Numbered from the stretch's first letter, positions 38,404 to 47,810 are shown. The stretch: DNA of 64,000 nucleotides from Deltaproteobacteria bacterium (GCA_030648035.1 JAUSII010000122.1:24537-88536); one strand, 5' to 3'. Made by a program: numbers and translations. Notes: generated from the letters alone by a model not told the origin.

Positions 38404-41400
38404 ACCCGGATGACCGAGAAGAGCTGATGAAGATCGATGGGCTTGGAAAGATAATCATTCGCGCCGGCCTCCATGCAAAGCACCTGATCGTTCTTCGTGG
38501 CTTTGGCTGTCACAGCGATGATGGGAAGTTTTGAAAACCGTTTTTGTTTTCTGATCTCGCGCGTCGCCTGATAGCCATCCATCTCGGGCATCATGATATC
38601 CATGAGGACAAGATCTATGAGAGGATGATCTTTCAGTTTTGCGAGAGCCTCTTTTCCGTTTCTTGCAACCTCGATGTTGGCCCCTTTTTGCTCCAGAGCC
38701 GCGGTCAGCGCAAAGATGTTTCTGACATCGTCATCGACAACGAGAATCATTCTTCCTTTGAAGACATCTTCCCGACTCCGCAAGGTTTTCAGCAATTGCC
38801 GGTTTTCGGGTGAGAGTTTGGACTCCACGCGGTGAAGAAAAAGGCCGACTTCATCGAGCAGTCTCTCCGGAGACCTGGCTCCTTTGATAATGATCGAGCG
38901 GGAATATTTTCGAAGCGTGTCTTCTTCGTCCCGGGAGAGTGAGCGCCCGGTATAAATGATGACGGGGGGAAAGGAGGCCAGCTCTTTTTGTTCCGTCATT
39001 TTCTTCAATAGCTCTTCGCCCGACATATCCGGGAGTTTCAGATCAATCACCATGCAATCATAGACGGTTTTTTTGAGAGCATCGAGTGCCTCTTCCGCCA
39101 GGGCCACAGCCGTGATCTCGATATCGGGATTGGCAATGAGTTTGACCATGCTTTCTCTTTGAAGTTTGTTGTCCTCGACAATCAGAACGCGCTTTAACTT
39201 CTGGGAGAGATTGAATTCAATCTTGGCCAAAGCGGCCTTGAGTGCTTCGCGCTTGGCGGGTTTCAGCGTGTATCCGATGGCCCCCATCTGCATGGCCTTT
39301 TCTGTGTAATCATGCGCCGACGCAATATGGACCGGAATGTGCCGGGTCTTCGGATCTTCTTTGAGCTGGTCGAGCACCGTCAATCCCGAATGATCGGGAA
39401 GCATCATATCGAGCAGAATTGCATCTGGAATAAGACTTTGAGCAAACCCAAGCCCCTCTTCAGCATCTTGCGCGACCACGCACTTGTAGTTCAGCTCATG
39501 GGCCAGATCAAAAAGAATCTGGGCAGACTGCGATTCATCTTCGATCACCAACAACACGCGTCCGGGCTTTGCCCCGCGAGATTTGAGAGTGCCCCGATCA
39601 TCTGCAAAAGGCAGAGGCTGGATTCGCTCTACGCGTGGTTTGACCTGCACTGCGACGGGTAATGACGATGAATAGGCCTTTGGAGATGCCGACACAACGT
39701 GGGACTCGTCATAGGTCTCGGGCAGGAGAAGTGTGAAGCGGCTCCCTTCACCGGGCACACTCTCGACTGCAACAGTGCCACCGAGAAGTCTCGCAAGATC
39801 TCGTGTGATGGAAAGTCCAAGACCTGTGCCACCATATTTTCGATTGGTCGTCCCATCGGCTTGACGAAACGCCTCAAAAATCACTTCTTGTTGGGCTTTT
39901 GGAACCCCGATACCGGTGTCGATCACCGCGAGCGAGAGCTTCCCTTCCGCGCTCCGGGACACATGCAGTATGACCTGTCCTTTTTCCGTGAACTTGAATG
40001 CATTGGAAAGCAGATTCTTCAGAATTTGTTCCAGTCGTTGACGATCTGTGAGCATCGTCTCTGGCACACCCGGATCGATCTTGATTTGAAATTGGAGTTT
40101 CTTTTCGCGGGCCACGGGATCAAAAGTTTTTTCAAGAGTATTAAAAACACTGGGGAGAAACACGTTCTCGGGCCTGATCTCCAGTTTTCCGGCCTCCACT
40201 TTCGAGAGATCGAGAATATCGTTGATGAGATTCAGCAGGTCATTGCCTGCAGACGAGATGGAATGTGCATACTGGACTTGCTCCACGGTCAGGTTTCCAC
40301 CTGCATTGTCCGCGAGAAGCTTCGCCAGAATCAGCGAGCTGTTGAGCGGGGTCCGAAGCTCGTGGGACATATTCGCGAGAAATTCTGACTTATACTGGCT
40401 GGCTCTTTGCACTTCGTCGGACCTCTCTTCAAGCAGTGTCTGCGCTTTGTTGAGGGCCTCATTGTTTTCGTTTAAAATGTCGCGCTGTTGTTCAAGCTTT
40501 TCGTTGGTCTGCTCCAACTCCGATTGCTGATTTTTGAGTTTCGTCTGGGACTCCTGCAATGCGCGCGATTGGTCCTCAAGTTCATCATTGGTCGCTTTCA
40601 ACTCTGCTTGCTGGGTTTGCAGTTCTTCGGTCAAATCCTGCGATCTTTCGAGAAGCTCCTGCTGTTTCTTGCGGCTGATGGAGGTGTTGATCGCAATCCC
40701 GATATTCTCGGACACATGCTCCAGAAATGTTTTTTGATGTTCGGAAAAGGATGCAAAAGAAGCCAGCTCGATCACACCATTGACCTCTCCCTCATAAAAA
40801 ACAGGGGCCAGAAGCAGAGAACTCGGGGTGGAGTCGCCTAAGTCCGAACGGATTTTTCCAAAGTAACGCGAGGGCACTTTTTCGAGAAGGATGGGTCGCT
40901 TTTCCAACGCGGCCTGACCGACCAGCCCCTCTCCAATGGCAATCGTCTTCTCTTTGTCATCCAATTTGGAATAGGCATAACCGCTCACGCGCTTGAGCAT
41001 TTTTTCTTCGGTAACGTAGTAAAAAGCGCCCATCTGGGCATTCAAAAATGGCGCAAGATGACTCAAAACGCTTTGCCCCAGGCGTGAAACATCCTGCTCG
41101 CCGCGCATTTTGTCAGAGAGAGTGATCTGGCCTTCACGAAGAAATTCAAGTTCGCGTGCCTTTTCCCGGAGTGAGGCTTCGGCGTGCTTTCTTTCCGTGA
41201 TATCGCGCTCGGTGGTGGCAATGCCGGTCAGTTTTCCTTTGTCATCTGTGAGTTTGGTATTGATCAGCCAAACATCGATGATCCTGCCGTCTTTATGCTT
41301 TCGCTTGGTCTCAAGATTGGGCAATAATTCTCCGCGTTTCAGCGAGGCAAAAAATCCACGGGCTTCTTCCTGATATTCCGTCGGAACAGTATCAACGATA

Positions 41401-42347
41401 TTTTTGCGCAGTGCTTCCGCTTCTGAATAGCCATACATGGTTTCAGCACCCCGGTTCCATGCCAGGATGTTTCCTTCCAGATCCTGAAAGGTGATGGCAT
41501 CATTCGAATCTTGAATAACCGTCGCCATACGACGAAACTTTTCCAGTGCTCCCATGCGCTCGGAAATATCGCGTTCGGTGGTGGCGATGCCGGTCAGCTT
41601 TCCCTTATCATCCGTGAGTTTGGTGTTGGTCAGCCACACATCGACGATCCGGCCATCTTTGGTTTTTCGTTTTGTTTCCAGATTGGGCACCAGCTCGCCG
41701 CGTTTCAACGAGGCCAAAAATTCACGCGCTTCAGCCTGATATTCGGTGGGCACGGTATCGACGATATTCATGCGCAATGCTTCTGCCTGCGAATAACCAT
41801 AAATTTGTTCAGCGCCATGGTTCCATGCCAGGATGTTGCCTTCCAGATCCTGAAAGGTGATGGCATCATTTGAATCTTGAATAACCGTCGCCATGCGACG
41901 AAACTTTTCCAGTGCGCCCATGCGCTCGGAAATATCGCGTTCGGTGGTGGCGATGCCGGTCAGCTTTCCCTTGTCATCCGTGAGTTTGGTGTTGGTCAGC
42001 CAGACATCAACGATTCTGCCATCTTTGGTTTTTCGTTTTGTCTCCAAGTTGGGCACCAACTCGCCGCGTTTCAGCGAGGCAAGAAATTCACGCGCTTCAG
42101 CCTGATATTCTGTGGGCACGGTATCGACGATATTCATGCGCAAGGCTTCTGCTTCTGAATAGCCATACATGGTTTCAGCACCCTGGTTCCATGCCAAGAT
42201 GTTACCTTCCAAATCCTGAAAGGTGATGGCATCATTCGAATCTTGAATAACAGTCGCCATACGGCGAAATCTTTCCAACGACCCCAATTGCTTGGCAACC
42301 GCTTTGGGGCGTTTCACTTTGCCGTGCTGTTTTAATTTTGGGGCCAT
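38376..42347 (-). CDS. multi-sensor hybrid histidine kinase: 3 tandem PAS, GAF, coiled coil, HisKA-HATPase, 3 receiver domains (1323 aa)
   Basis: Three ~122-aa PAS units (two almost identical), GAF, Q/E-rich coiled coil, H-box MSHELRTPLN, G-box GTGLGLSI, then three D-containing REC domains. Confidence 0.9.
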   Translation of the reverse strand: MAPKLKQHGKVKRPKAVAKQLGSLERFRRMATVIQDSNDAITFQDLEGNILAWNQGAETMYGYSEAEALRMNIVDTVPTEYQAEAREFLASLKRGELVPNLETKRKTKDGRIVDVWLTNTKLTDDKGKLTGIATTERDISERMGALEKFRRMATVIQDSNDAITFQDLEGNILAWNHGAEQIYGYSQAEALRMNIVDTVPTEYQAEAREFLASLKRGELVPNLETKRKTKDGRIVDVWLTNTKLTDDKGKLTGIATTERDISERMGALEKFRRMATVIQDSNDAITFQDLEGNILAWNRGAETMYGYSEAEALRKNIVDTVPTEYQEEARGFFASLKRGELLPNLETKRKHKDGRIIDVWLINTKLTDDKGKLTGIATTERDITERKHAEASLREKARELEFLREGQITLSDKMRGEQDVSRLGQSVLSHLAPFLNAQMGAFYYVTEEKMLKRVSGYAYSKLDDKEKTIAIGEGLVGQAALEKRPILLEKVPSRYFGKIRSDLGDSTPSSLLLAPVFYEGEVNGVIELASFASFSEHQKTFLEHVSENIGIAINTSISRKKQQELLERSQDLTEELQTQQAELKATNDELEDQSRALQESQTKLKNQQSELEQTNEKLEQQRDILNENNEALNKAQTLLEERSDEVQRASQYKSEFLANMSHELRTPLNSSLILAKLLADNAGGNLTVEQVQYAHSISSAGNDLLNLINDILDLSKVEAGKLEIRPENVFLPSVFNTLEKTFDPVAREKKLQFQIKIDPGVPETMLTDRQRLEQILKNLLSNAFKFTEKGQVILHVSRSAEGKLSLAVIDTGIGVPKAQQEVIFEAFRQADGTTNRKYGGTGLGLSITRDLARLLGGTVAVESVPGEGSRFTLLLPETYDESHVVSASPKAYSSSLPVAVQVKPRVERIQPLPFADDRGTLKSRGAKPGRVLLVIEDESQSAQILFDLAHELNYKCVVAQDAEEGLGFAQSLIPDAILLDMMLPDHSGLTVLDQLKEDPKTRHIPVHIASAHDYTEKAMQMGAIGYTLKPAKREALKAALAKIEFNLSQKLKRVLIVEDNKLQRESMVKLIANPDIEITAVALAEEALDALKKTVYDCMVIDLKLPDMSGEELLKKMTEQKELASFPPVIIYTGRSLSRDEEDTLRKYSRSIIIKGARSPERLLDEVGLFLHRVESKLSPENRQLLKTLRSREDVFKGRMILVVDDDVRNIFALTAALEQKGANIEVARNGKEALAKLKDHPLIDLVLMDIMMPEMDGYQATREIRKQKRFSKLPIIAVTAKATKNDQVLCMEAGANDYLSKPIDLHQLFSVIRVWTPSLGRN

Positions 42348-42393
42348 TTTTTATTCCTCGGAAAGTACGCGTGGGAATCTACTTTGTGGAAAT

Positions 42394-43068
42394 CTACTTT
42401 TCAGCGAGACACCATTTAACAGCATATTGGATGAGCTCATGAGAATTTTTCAGGTCCAGCTTGTTTTTAATATTGGCGTAATGCGATTCGATCGTCTTCA
42501 CACTCACAAAAAGTGACTCGGCAATGCGGTTGGTGGCATACCCCTGACCAATGAGTCTCAAGACCTCCAATTCGCGATCGCTTAACTTGCCCGTAGTGGC
42601 CCCGATCAGAGATTTGCCCCCTCCACTGAACTGGTGCATCAGGGTCTCTTTCATACGATCGCTCACATAAATATCACCACTGACCACTTTGCGAATAGCC
42701 GTTGTCACATAATCGGTGGCGGACTGTTTCATGAGATAACCTTTGGCCCCTGCCTTTAAAACACGTTCCACATGAAGAGACTCATCATACATTGAAAGAA
42801 TCAGGACGAGCGTTTTGGGATAATTGGCAACAAGATTTTTGGTGAGTTCGATACCGCTGGTTCCCTGCAGGGAGATATCCACGATCGCCACGTCGGGTTT
42901 GATCTTCGCAATGCTCTTCAGGGCTTCATCAGAAGTTCCGGCCTCTCCAACAGAGATCATATCGCTCTCCTGATTGATGAGCTGGGCCAGGCCCTGTCTG
43001 ACAATCGGATGATCATCAACGATAAAAACCTTCGTTTTTTCCACTTTATTTTTCAACGCGGTATTCAT
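42394..43068 (-). CDS. LuxR/NarL-family response regulator (REC + HTH)
   Basis: REC domain (VFIVDDHPIVRQGL...AIVDISL) plus LuxR-type HTH (LSDRELEVLRLIGQGYATNRIAESLFVSVKTIESH). Confidence 0.9.
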   Translation of the reverse strand: MNTALKNKVEKTKVFIVDDHPIVRQGLAQLINQESDMISVGEAGTSDEALKSIAKIKPDVAIVDISLQGTSGIELTKNLVANYPKTLVLILSMYDESLHVERVLKAGAKGYLMKQSATDYVTTAIRKVVSGDIYVSDRMKETLMHQFSGGGKSLIGATTGKLSDRELEVLRLIGQGYATNRIAESLFVSVKTIESHYANIKNKLDLKNSHELIQYAVKWCLAEK

Positions 43069-43218
43069 CTTCTTGTGTTATGCGCCTTTCATCGGAACAA
43101 TGACAAGTCTTCACTTCAGTCTACACCCTGATGGACTGACCTGTAACCCTTTTATTTTCTTATTTCCATGAGGGAAAACCGTATTTTCAAATGGGGGAAT
43201 CCCCCAGAGTTTGGGCAT

Positions 43219-43292
43219 TGTCATTGCGAGCGCAGCGAAGCAATCCCGTTGATCATCGGGATTGCCACGGCCCCTTCGGGGCCTCGCAATGA
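43219..43292. repeat. GTCATTGCGAG nested-palindrome element, copy 4 (with adjacent half-motif GGAATCCCCCAG at 43193-43215)
   Basis: Full element with terminal inverted repeats. Its 3' flank CTTTGTCAACAAACTCTTAAG + P2 is duplicated at 46770-46858. Confidence 0.8.
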
Positions 43293-43313
43293 CACTTTGT
43301 CAACAAACTCTTA

Positions 43314-43360
43314 AGAAAATCCCCCAGTCAAAAATCGTGGTTCCCCCGATTGTAACCCCT
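43314..43360 (+). promoter_or_regulatory. regulon motif copy P2 (AAAATCCCCCAGTCAAAAATCGTGGTTCCCCCGATTGTAACCCC)
   Basis: About 90 bp upstream of 43451. Confidence 0.7.
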
Positions 43361-43450
43361 CGCCAAAGGCACGTGTGGTGAGGGCTTGACTAAAACACAA
43401 GAAATGGAATACGAACTTTTAAATATTGGGCGGAAGAGAAGAAGGGGAAA

Positions 43451-46400
43451 ATGAGTATGACCGACGGAATATGTTTTAGACCGAATCAAAGCCATTCTGA
43501 AGCAGAAGATGCCAATATGTCCTGTGCGTCTTTTGAATCTTTCAGCTCATCGACCGTTCAGACAGAAGGGGCAGATTCTGGAGGACGAGAACGTTTTTTA
43601 GCGGGCAGAGATTATCTAAGAGATTTGGAAGGGCGTTCTGTTCTGCCAGATGGCTACAAGGGCAAATCCAATGGTATTCCTTTAGGGATATTCGCTGTTG
43701 CCGGCGTTACTGGAACAACAGTGGGACTTATTGCAACGCCTGCAGTTGGACTTGCCGTGGGAGGAGCTATTTTATTGTCCGGATGTTCGGATACAGACAA
43801 CCCAAAGGGAAAAACAGATTCTTCGGCAGAACCGGTATGTAATAAAAATTCTGATTGCAATCCCCCTGTCACAGTTTGTAAAGAGGGAACCTGCCAACCT
43901 CCTAAACCCTGCAATGATGATGAAGATTGCGAGGGAGAAAATGTAAATACTCAATGCGATGATGCTTTGGGAGTATGCAGAGAAAATACCACTTCAATTG
44001 AAATTTGTGACGGCTTAGATAACAACGAGGATGGTAAAATTGATATCGATCCTCAGACAGGTGAAAAAATTTCGAAACCCTGCGGTGGCCGGAGTGTTGG
44101 AATATGCCGTCCAGGGGCACAACACTGCGACGCCGAAAAGAACTCTGCTCAAGAACATTGGAGCGATTGTACAGGAGTTGTTCCGAAAAAGAATGAGCAG
44201 TGTAATGGATTAGATGATGACTGTGATGGCTTAACGGATGAAGACCTGCCCGAATGCGGCCTTCATGTTCCCGTTTTAAATCCGATTGGTGACAAAATTA
44301 TTGATGAGGGACAGCGGTTGAGGTTTGTTTTGTCAGCAGTGGATGCGGATGATAATCCGTTAACCTATTTTGCATCTCACCTTCCGGAGGGAGCTAGATT
44401 TGATCCGGTCGACCGCGTTTTTGATTGGACCCCCAGTTTTGAACAGGCGGATGTCTATTCAGACATTCACTTTGGAGTGAGTGATGGGATAACTACGACT
44501 GGTGAAGATATTACGATCACCGTTCAAAATGTGAATCGTCGGTGTGTCATGTCTCCAATTCCAGATCAGACGGTGGATGAAAATGAATCTTTGGTTGTGA
44601 CCGTAAATGCATCCGACCCGGATGTGGATGACACGTTGATTTTTAGCGGAGATAACTTACCAGCAGGTGCGACAGTAAACTCGAGCACCGGAAAATTAAA
44701 CTGGAGACCCACCCTTACGCAAGCCGGAGCATACCGAGACATCGGGATCACGGCGACAGATGGGGATATGAGCTGTAACCAGCATTTTGATGTTGCGGTT
44801 ATCAATGCCAACCGACCGCCGGTAATGGACGCCATCTCCAATCAGACCATCAATGAAAATCAATTACTCACCGTTACCCCACGGGCCTCCGATCCAGATG
44901 GTCAAACCTTAAATTTCAGTGGCAATAATTTGCCTCGTGGTGCGGTAGTCAATCCAACTACAGGAGTGTTGACTTGGACACCCGGCTTCGATCAGGCCGG
45001 CTCATATCCAAACGTGGGGATCACCGCGAGTGATGGGAGTTTAAGCGTTACACAAAGATTTAGTATAACCGTTAATAATGGAAACAGGCCGCCAGTAATG
45101 GAAGCCATCCCCAATCGGACTATCAATGAGAATCAATTACTTACCATCACCCCACGGGCCTCTGATCCAGACGGTCAAACTTTAAATTTCAGTGGCAATA
45201 ATTTACCCCGCGGTGCGGCAGTTAATTCAACTACAGGGGTGTTGACTTGGACCCCCGGCTTCGATCAAGCGGGCACATACCCAAACGTGGGGATCACCGC
45301 GAGTGATGAAAATTTAAGCGTCACACAAAGATTTAGTATCACCGTTAATAACGTAAACAGTCCTCCAATTTTAAATTCAATCGGCAATAGAACTGTCAAT
45401 GAAGGAGGATTGTTGACGTTTACCGTTTTTGCATCCGATCCAGATGGAGATGCGCTGACCTATTCCGCCTCCAATCTGCCGACGGGATCGAGTTTTAATG
45501 TTTCAACGAGAGTTTTCAGTTGGACACCAAATTGCAGGCAAGCGGGTGCATATCCGGTAAGTTTTTCTGTGACAGATCGTGGGACACCCAATTTATCAGA
45601 TAGTGAAAATGTTATGGTCACAGTTAACGAAGCCTGTTCCAATGTTGCGTGGACTAGAACATATAATGGATCGTTTAATGGTAGGGATATCGGCCATGGC
45701 ATCGCCGTGGATAATAATGGGAATGTGTATGTGACGGGTTCTGAGGAGGCTACTGAACTAAATTATAATATTTGGGTCAGGAAGTATGATGCCAATGGCA
45801 ACACTTTATGGACAAGGACCTATAATGGCTCTGCTAATAGTACTGATGAAGGCCGAGGCATCGCCGTAGATAATAATGGAAATGTGTATGTGACTGGGTC
45901 TGAAATTGTTGCCGGGCAACGTAGTAATGTTTGGGTTAGAAAATATGATACCAATGGCAATGCTTTATGGACCGAAACCTATAATAATCCTGCTAACAGT
46001 TCGGATGAAGGTCACGGCATCGCTGTAGATAATAATGGGAATGTGTATGTAGCGGGAGATGAGAATGTTGCTGTACAATATGCTAATATCTGGGTCAGAA
46101 AATATGATGCCAATGGCAATGCCTTATGGACCAAGACCTATAATAATCCTGCTAATGGTCCTGATATGGGCCAAGGCATTGCCGTAGACAATGTTGGAAA
46201 TGTGTATGTGACGGGTTTTGAGGATGCTGATGAGGAATCTTTTAATATCTGGATCAGGAAGTATGATGCCAATGGCAATACTTTATGGACAAGGACCCAT
46301 AATGCCAATTGGGGAGATTTCGGCAACGGTATTGCCGTAGACGGAAATGGAAATGTGTATGTGACGGGTTCTGAGACTGTTGTTGCGGGAAATGATAATA

Positions 46401-46714
46401 TATGGATCAGGAAATATGATACCAATGGCAATACTTTATGGACGGAAACCCATAATGGATCTGCTAATAATCTGGATAGTGGCAATGGCATTACCATAGA
46501 TAGAAATGGAAATGTGTATGTGACGGGTTTTGAAGCTGTTGCTGGAGGAGGTGGAAATGTCTGGGTCAGAAAATATGATACCGATGGTAACACTCTATGG
46601 ACGGAGACCCATAATGGTGGTGTCGGCCAAGGTATCGCCGTAGATATTAATGGGAATGTGTATGTGACGGGGCAGGAGAACGGAGATATCTGGGTCAGAA
46701 AGTATGTGCCGTAG
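43451..46714 (+). CDS. giant surface protein: Cys-rich MopE-like N-region, >=5 cadherin-like/He_PIG Ig repeats, C-terminal 8-bladed SBBP beta-propeller
   Basis: TM/lipobox around LLSGCSD. ~92-aa repeats PPVMxAIxNxTINENQLL...FSITVNN include two near-identical tandem copies. Eight NIWVRKYDxNGNxLWTxTYNG...GIAVDNNGNVYVTG units match the SBBP repeat. Confidence 0.8.
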   Translation: MSMTDGICFRPNQSHSEAEDANMSCASFESFSSSTVQTEGADSGGRERFLAGRDYLRDLEGRSVLPDGYKGKSNGIPLGIFAVAGVTGTTVGLIATPAVGLAVGGAILLSGCSDTDNPKGKTDSSAEPVCNKNSDCNPPVTVCKEGTCQPPKPCNDDEDCEGENVNTQCDDALGVCRENTTSIEICDGLDNNEDGKIDIDPQTGEKISKPCGGRSVGICRPGAQHCDAEKNSAQEHWSDCTGVVPKKNEQCNGLDDDCDGLTDEDLPECGLHVPVLNPIGDKIIDEGQRLRFVLSAVDADDNPLTYFASHLPEGARFDPVDRVFDWTPSFEQADVYSDIHFGVSDGITTTGEDITITVQNVNRRCVMSPIPDQTVDENESLVVTVNASDPDVDDTLIFSGDNLPAGATVNSSTGKLNWRPTLTQAGAYRDIGITATDGDMSCNQHFDVAVINANRPPVMDAISNQTINENQLLTVTPRASDPDGQTLNFSGNNLPRGAVVNPTTGVLTWTPGFDQAGSYPNVGITASDGSLSVTQRFSITVNNGNRPPVMEAIPNRTINENQLLTITPRASDPDGQTLNFSGNNLPRGAAVNSTTGVLTWTPGFDQAGTYPNVGITASDENLSVTQRFSITVNNVNSPPILNSIGNRTVNEGGLLTFTVFASDPDGDALTYSASNLPTGSSFNVSTRVFSWTPNCRQAGAYPVSFSVTDRGTPNLSDSENVMVTVNEACSNVAWTRTYNGSFNGRDIGHGIAVDNNGNVYVTGSEEATELNYNIWVRKYDANGNTLWTRTYNGSANSTDEGRGIAVDNNGNVYVTGSEIVAGQRSNVWVRKYDTNGNALWTETYNNPANSSDEGHGIAVDNNGNVYVAGDENVAVQYANIWVRKYDANGNALWTKTYNNPANGPDMGQGIAVDNVGNVYVTGFEDADEESFNIWIRKYDANGNTLWTRTHNANWGDFGNGIAVDGNGNVYVTGSETVVAGNDNIWIRKYDTNGNTLWTETHNGSANNLDSGNGITIDRNGNVYVTGFEAVAGGGGNVWVRKYDTDGNTLWTETHNGGVGQGIAVDINGNVYVTGQENGDIWVRKYVP

Positions 46715-46724
46715 AAAAAACCAT

Positions 46725-46782
46725 CCCGGGATTGCCCCCTTCGACAAGCTCAGGGTGAGCGGTGTTGAAGGGCCTCGCAATG
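46725..46782. repeat. GTCATTGCGAG element, partial copy 5 (right half only)
   Basis: CCCGGGATTGC...GGGCCTCGCAATGAC with the left terminus absent; followed by the same spacer + P3 as at copy 4. Confidence 0.7.
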
Positions 46783-46805
46783 ACACTTTGTCAACAAATC
46801 GCTTA

Positions 46806-46850
46806 GGAAAATCCCCCAGTCAAAAATCGTGGTTCCCCCGATTGTGCCAG
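46806..46850 (+). promoter_or_regulatory. regulon motif copy P3
   Basis: AAAATCCCCCAGTCAAAAATCGTGGTTCCCCCGATTGTGCC, 27 bp upstream of the 46877 ATG. Confidence 0.7.
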
Positions 46851-46876
46851 CCCTCCATACTTTGTAAGTTTGTTGC

Positions 46877-47383
46877 ATGATGAAACTAAAAAAAATGATT
46901 GGACTTGGATTGGCCTCGTTGATCTGCATCACCAGTTTATCTGCGCTGGCCAGAGGCAAAGGTTACACTTCCTACGGACCTGAAGAGATGCGTTTCGGCG
47001 CCGGACTTTATCTGGGCGAGCCGACCGGGTTCACCTTTAAAGGATATGTGACCGAAAAACTGGCCATTGATGGTATCGCCGGATGGGGTTTGAACCATAA
47101 GGTCTTTACCATGATTGGAGATGTCACCTACGATTTTCTCGATATTCCGATCGACTCCACTGTTGTGAAACTTCCCTTATACGCCGGTATTGGCACGAAG
47201 CTGGAATTCAAGGTCGGGCCCAACGACGACACCACGGTGGGCCTTCGGGCACCTATCGGTATCGCTGTGCAATGGCTCCACCATCCCTTCGAGGTCTTTG
47301 CCGAAATTGCCCCGGGAATGAAAGTCTCCCCCTCCGCAGGTTTTGACATTATGGGCGGCGTCGGCGTGCGATTCTACTTCTAA
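46877..47383 (+). CDS. small 8-strand-type outer-membrane beta-barrel protein (OmpW/OmpX-like), C-terminal F
   Basis: Signal peptide, alternating aromatic beta-strands, terminal ...GVGVRFYF. Confidence 0.8.
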   Translation: MMKLKKMIGLGLASLICITSLSALARGKGYTSYGPEEMRFGAGLYLGEPTGFTFKGYVTEKLAIDGIAGWGLNHKVFTMIGDVTYDFLDIPIDSTVVKLPLYAGIGTKLEFKVGPNDDTTVGLRAPIGIAVQWLHHPFEVFAEIAPGMKVSPSAGFDIMGGVGVRFYF

Positions 47384-47430
47384 GGTAATCCCCCAGTCAA
47401 AAATCCGGCATCCCCCGATTGTCATCCCAT
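47381..47430 (+). promoter_or_regulatory. regulon motif copy P4
   Basis: TAAGGTAATCCCCCAGTCAAAAATCCGGCATCCCCCGATTGTCATCCC; starts at the stop codon of the OMP gene. Confidence 0.7.
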
Positions 47431-47521
47431 TTCACCTCTTATATATTTCATCCACGATATATCGTGAAGTTATTTTGGGAAGTTAAACAGGAGTCGATCT
47501 ACCAACAAAGGAGAAGCCATT

Positions 47522-47809
47522 ATGTCCAACAACGACGGTACCATGAATCAGCACGCTTCAGATTTTCGCAAGAAGGCATCCACTCTGGGTCGTGATGTTG
47601 AAGACCTCGGTTCCATCACCAAAGAGTTGGCTGGTGCTGCAGTTGACAAGTTGCAGGAGAATGCGGGCGAGTATTATGATCAGGGAATGAAAAAGGCCAA
47701 GCTTTTTGAAAGAGGTCTTGAGAAAAAGATCAGCTCAAATCCGCTGATGTCTCTTCTGATCGCCGCAGGTGTCGGCCTGGTCGCAGGGGCCCTTTTTAAT
47801 CGCCGATAA
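47522..47809 (+). CDS. ElaB/YqjD/DUF883-family stress-induced membrane-anchored protein
   Basis: Helical N-region plus a C-terminal anchor NPLMSLLIAAGVGLVAGALFNRR, typical of DUF883. Confidence 0.7.
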   Translation: MSNNDGTMNQHASDFRKKASTLGRDVEDLGSITKELAGAAVDKLQENAGEYYDQGMKKAKLFERGLEKKISSNPLMSLLIAAGVGLVAGALFNRR

Positions 47810-47810
47810 A

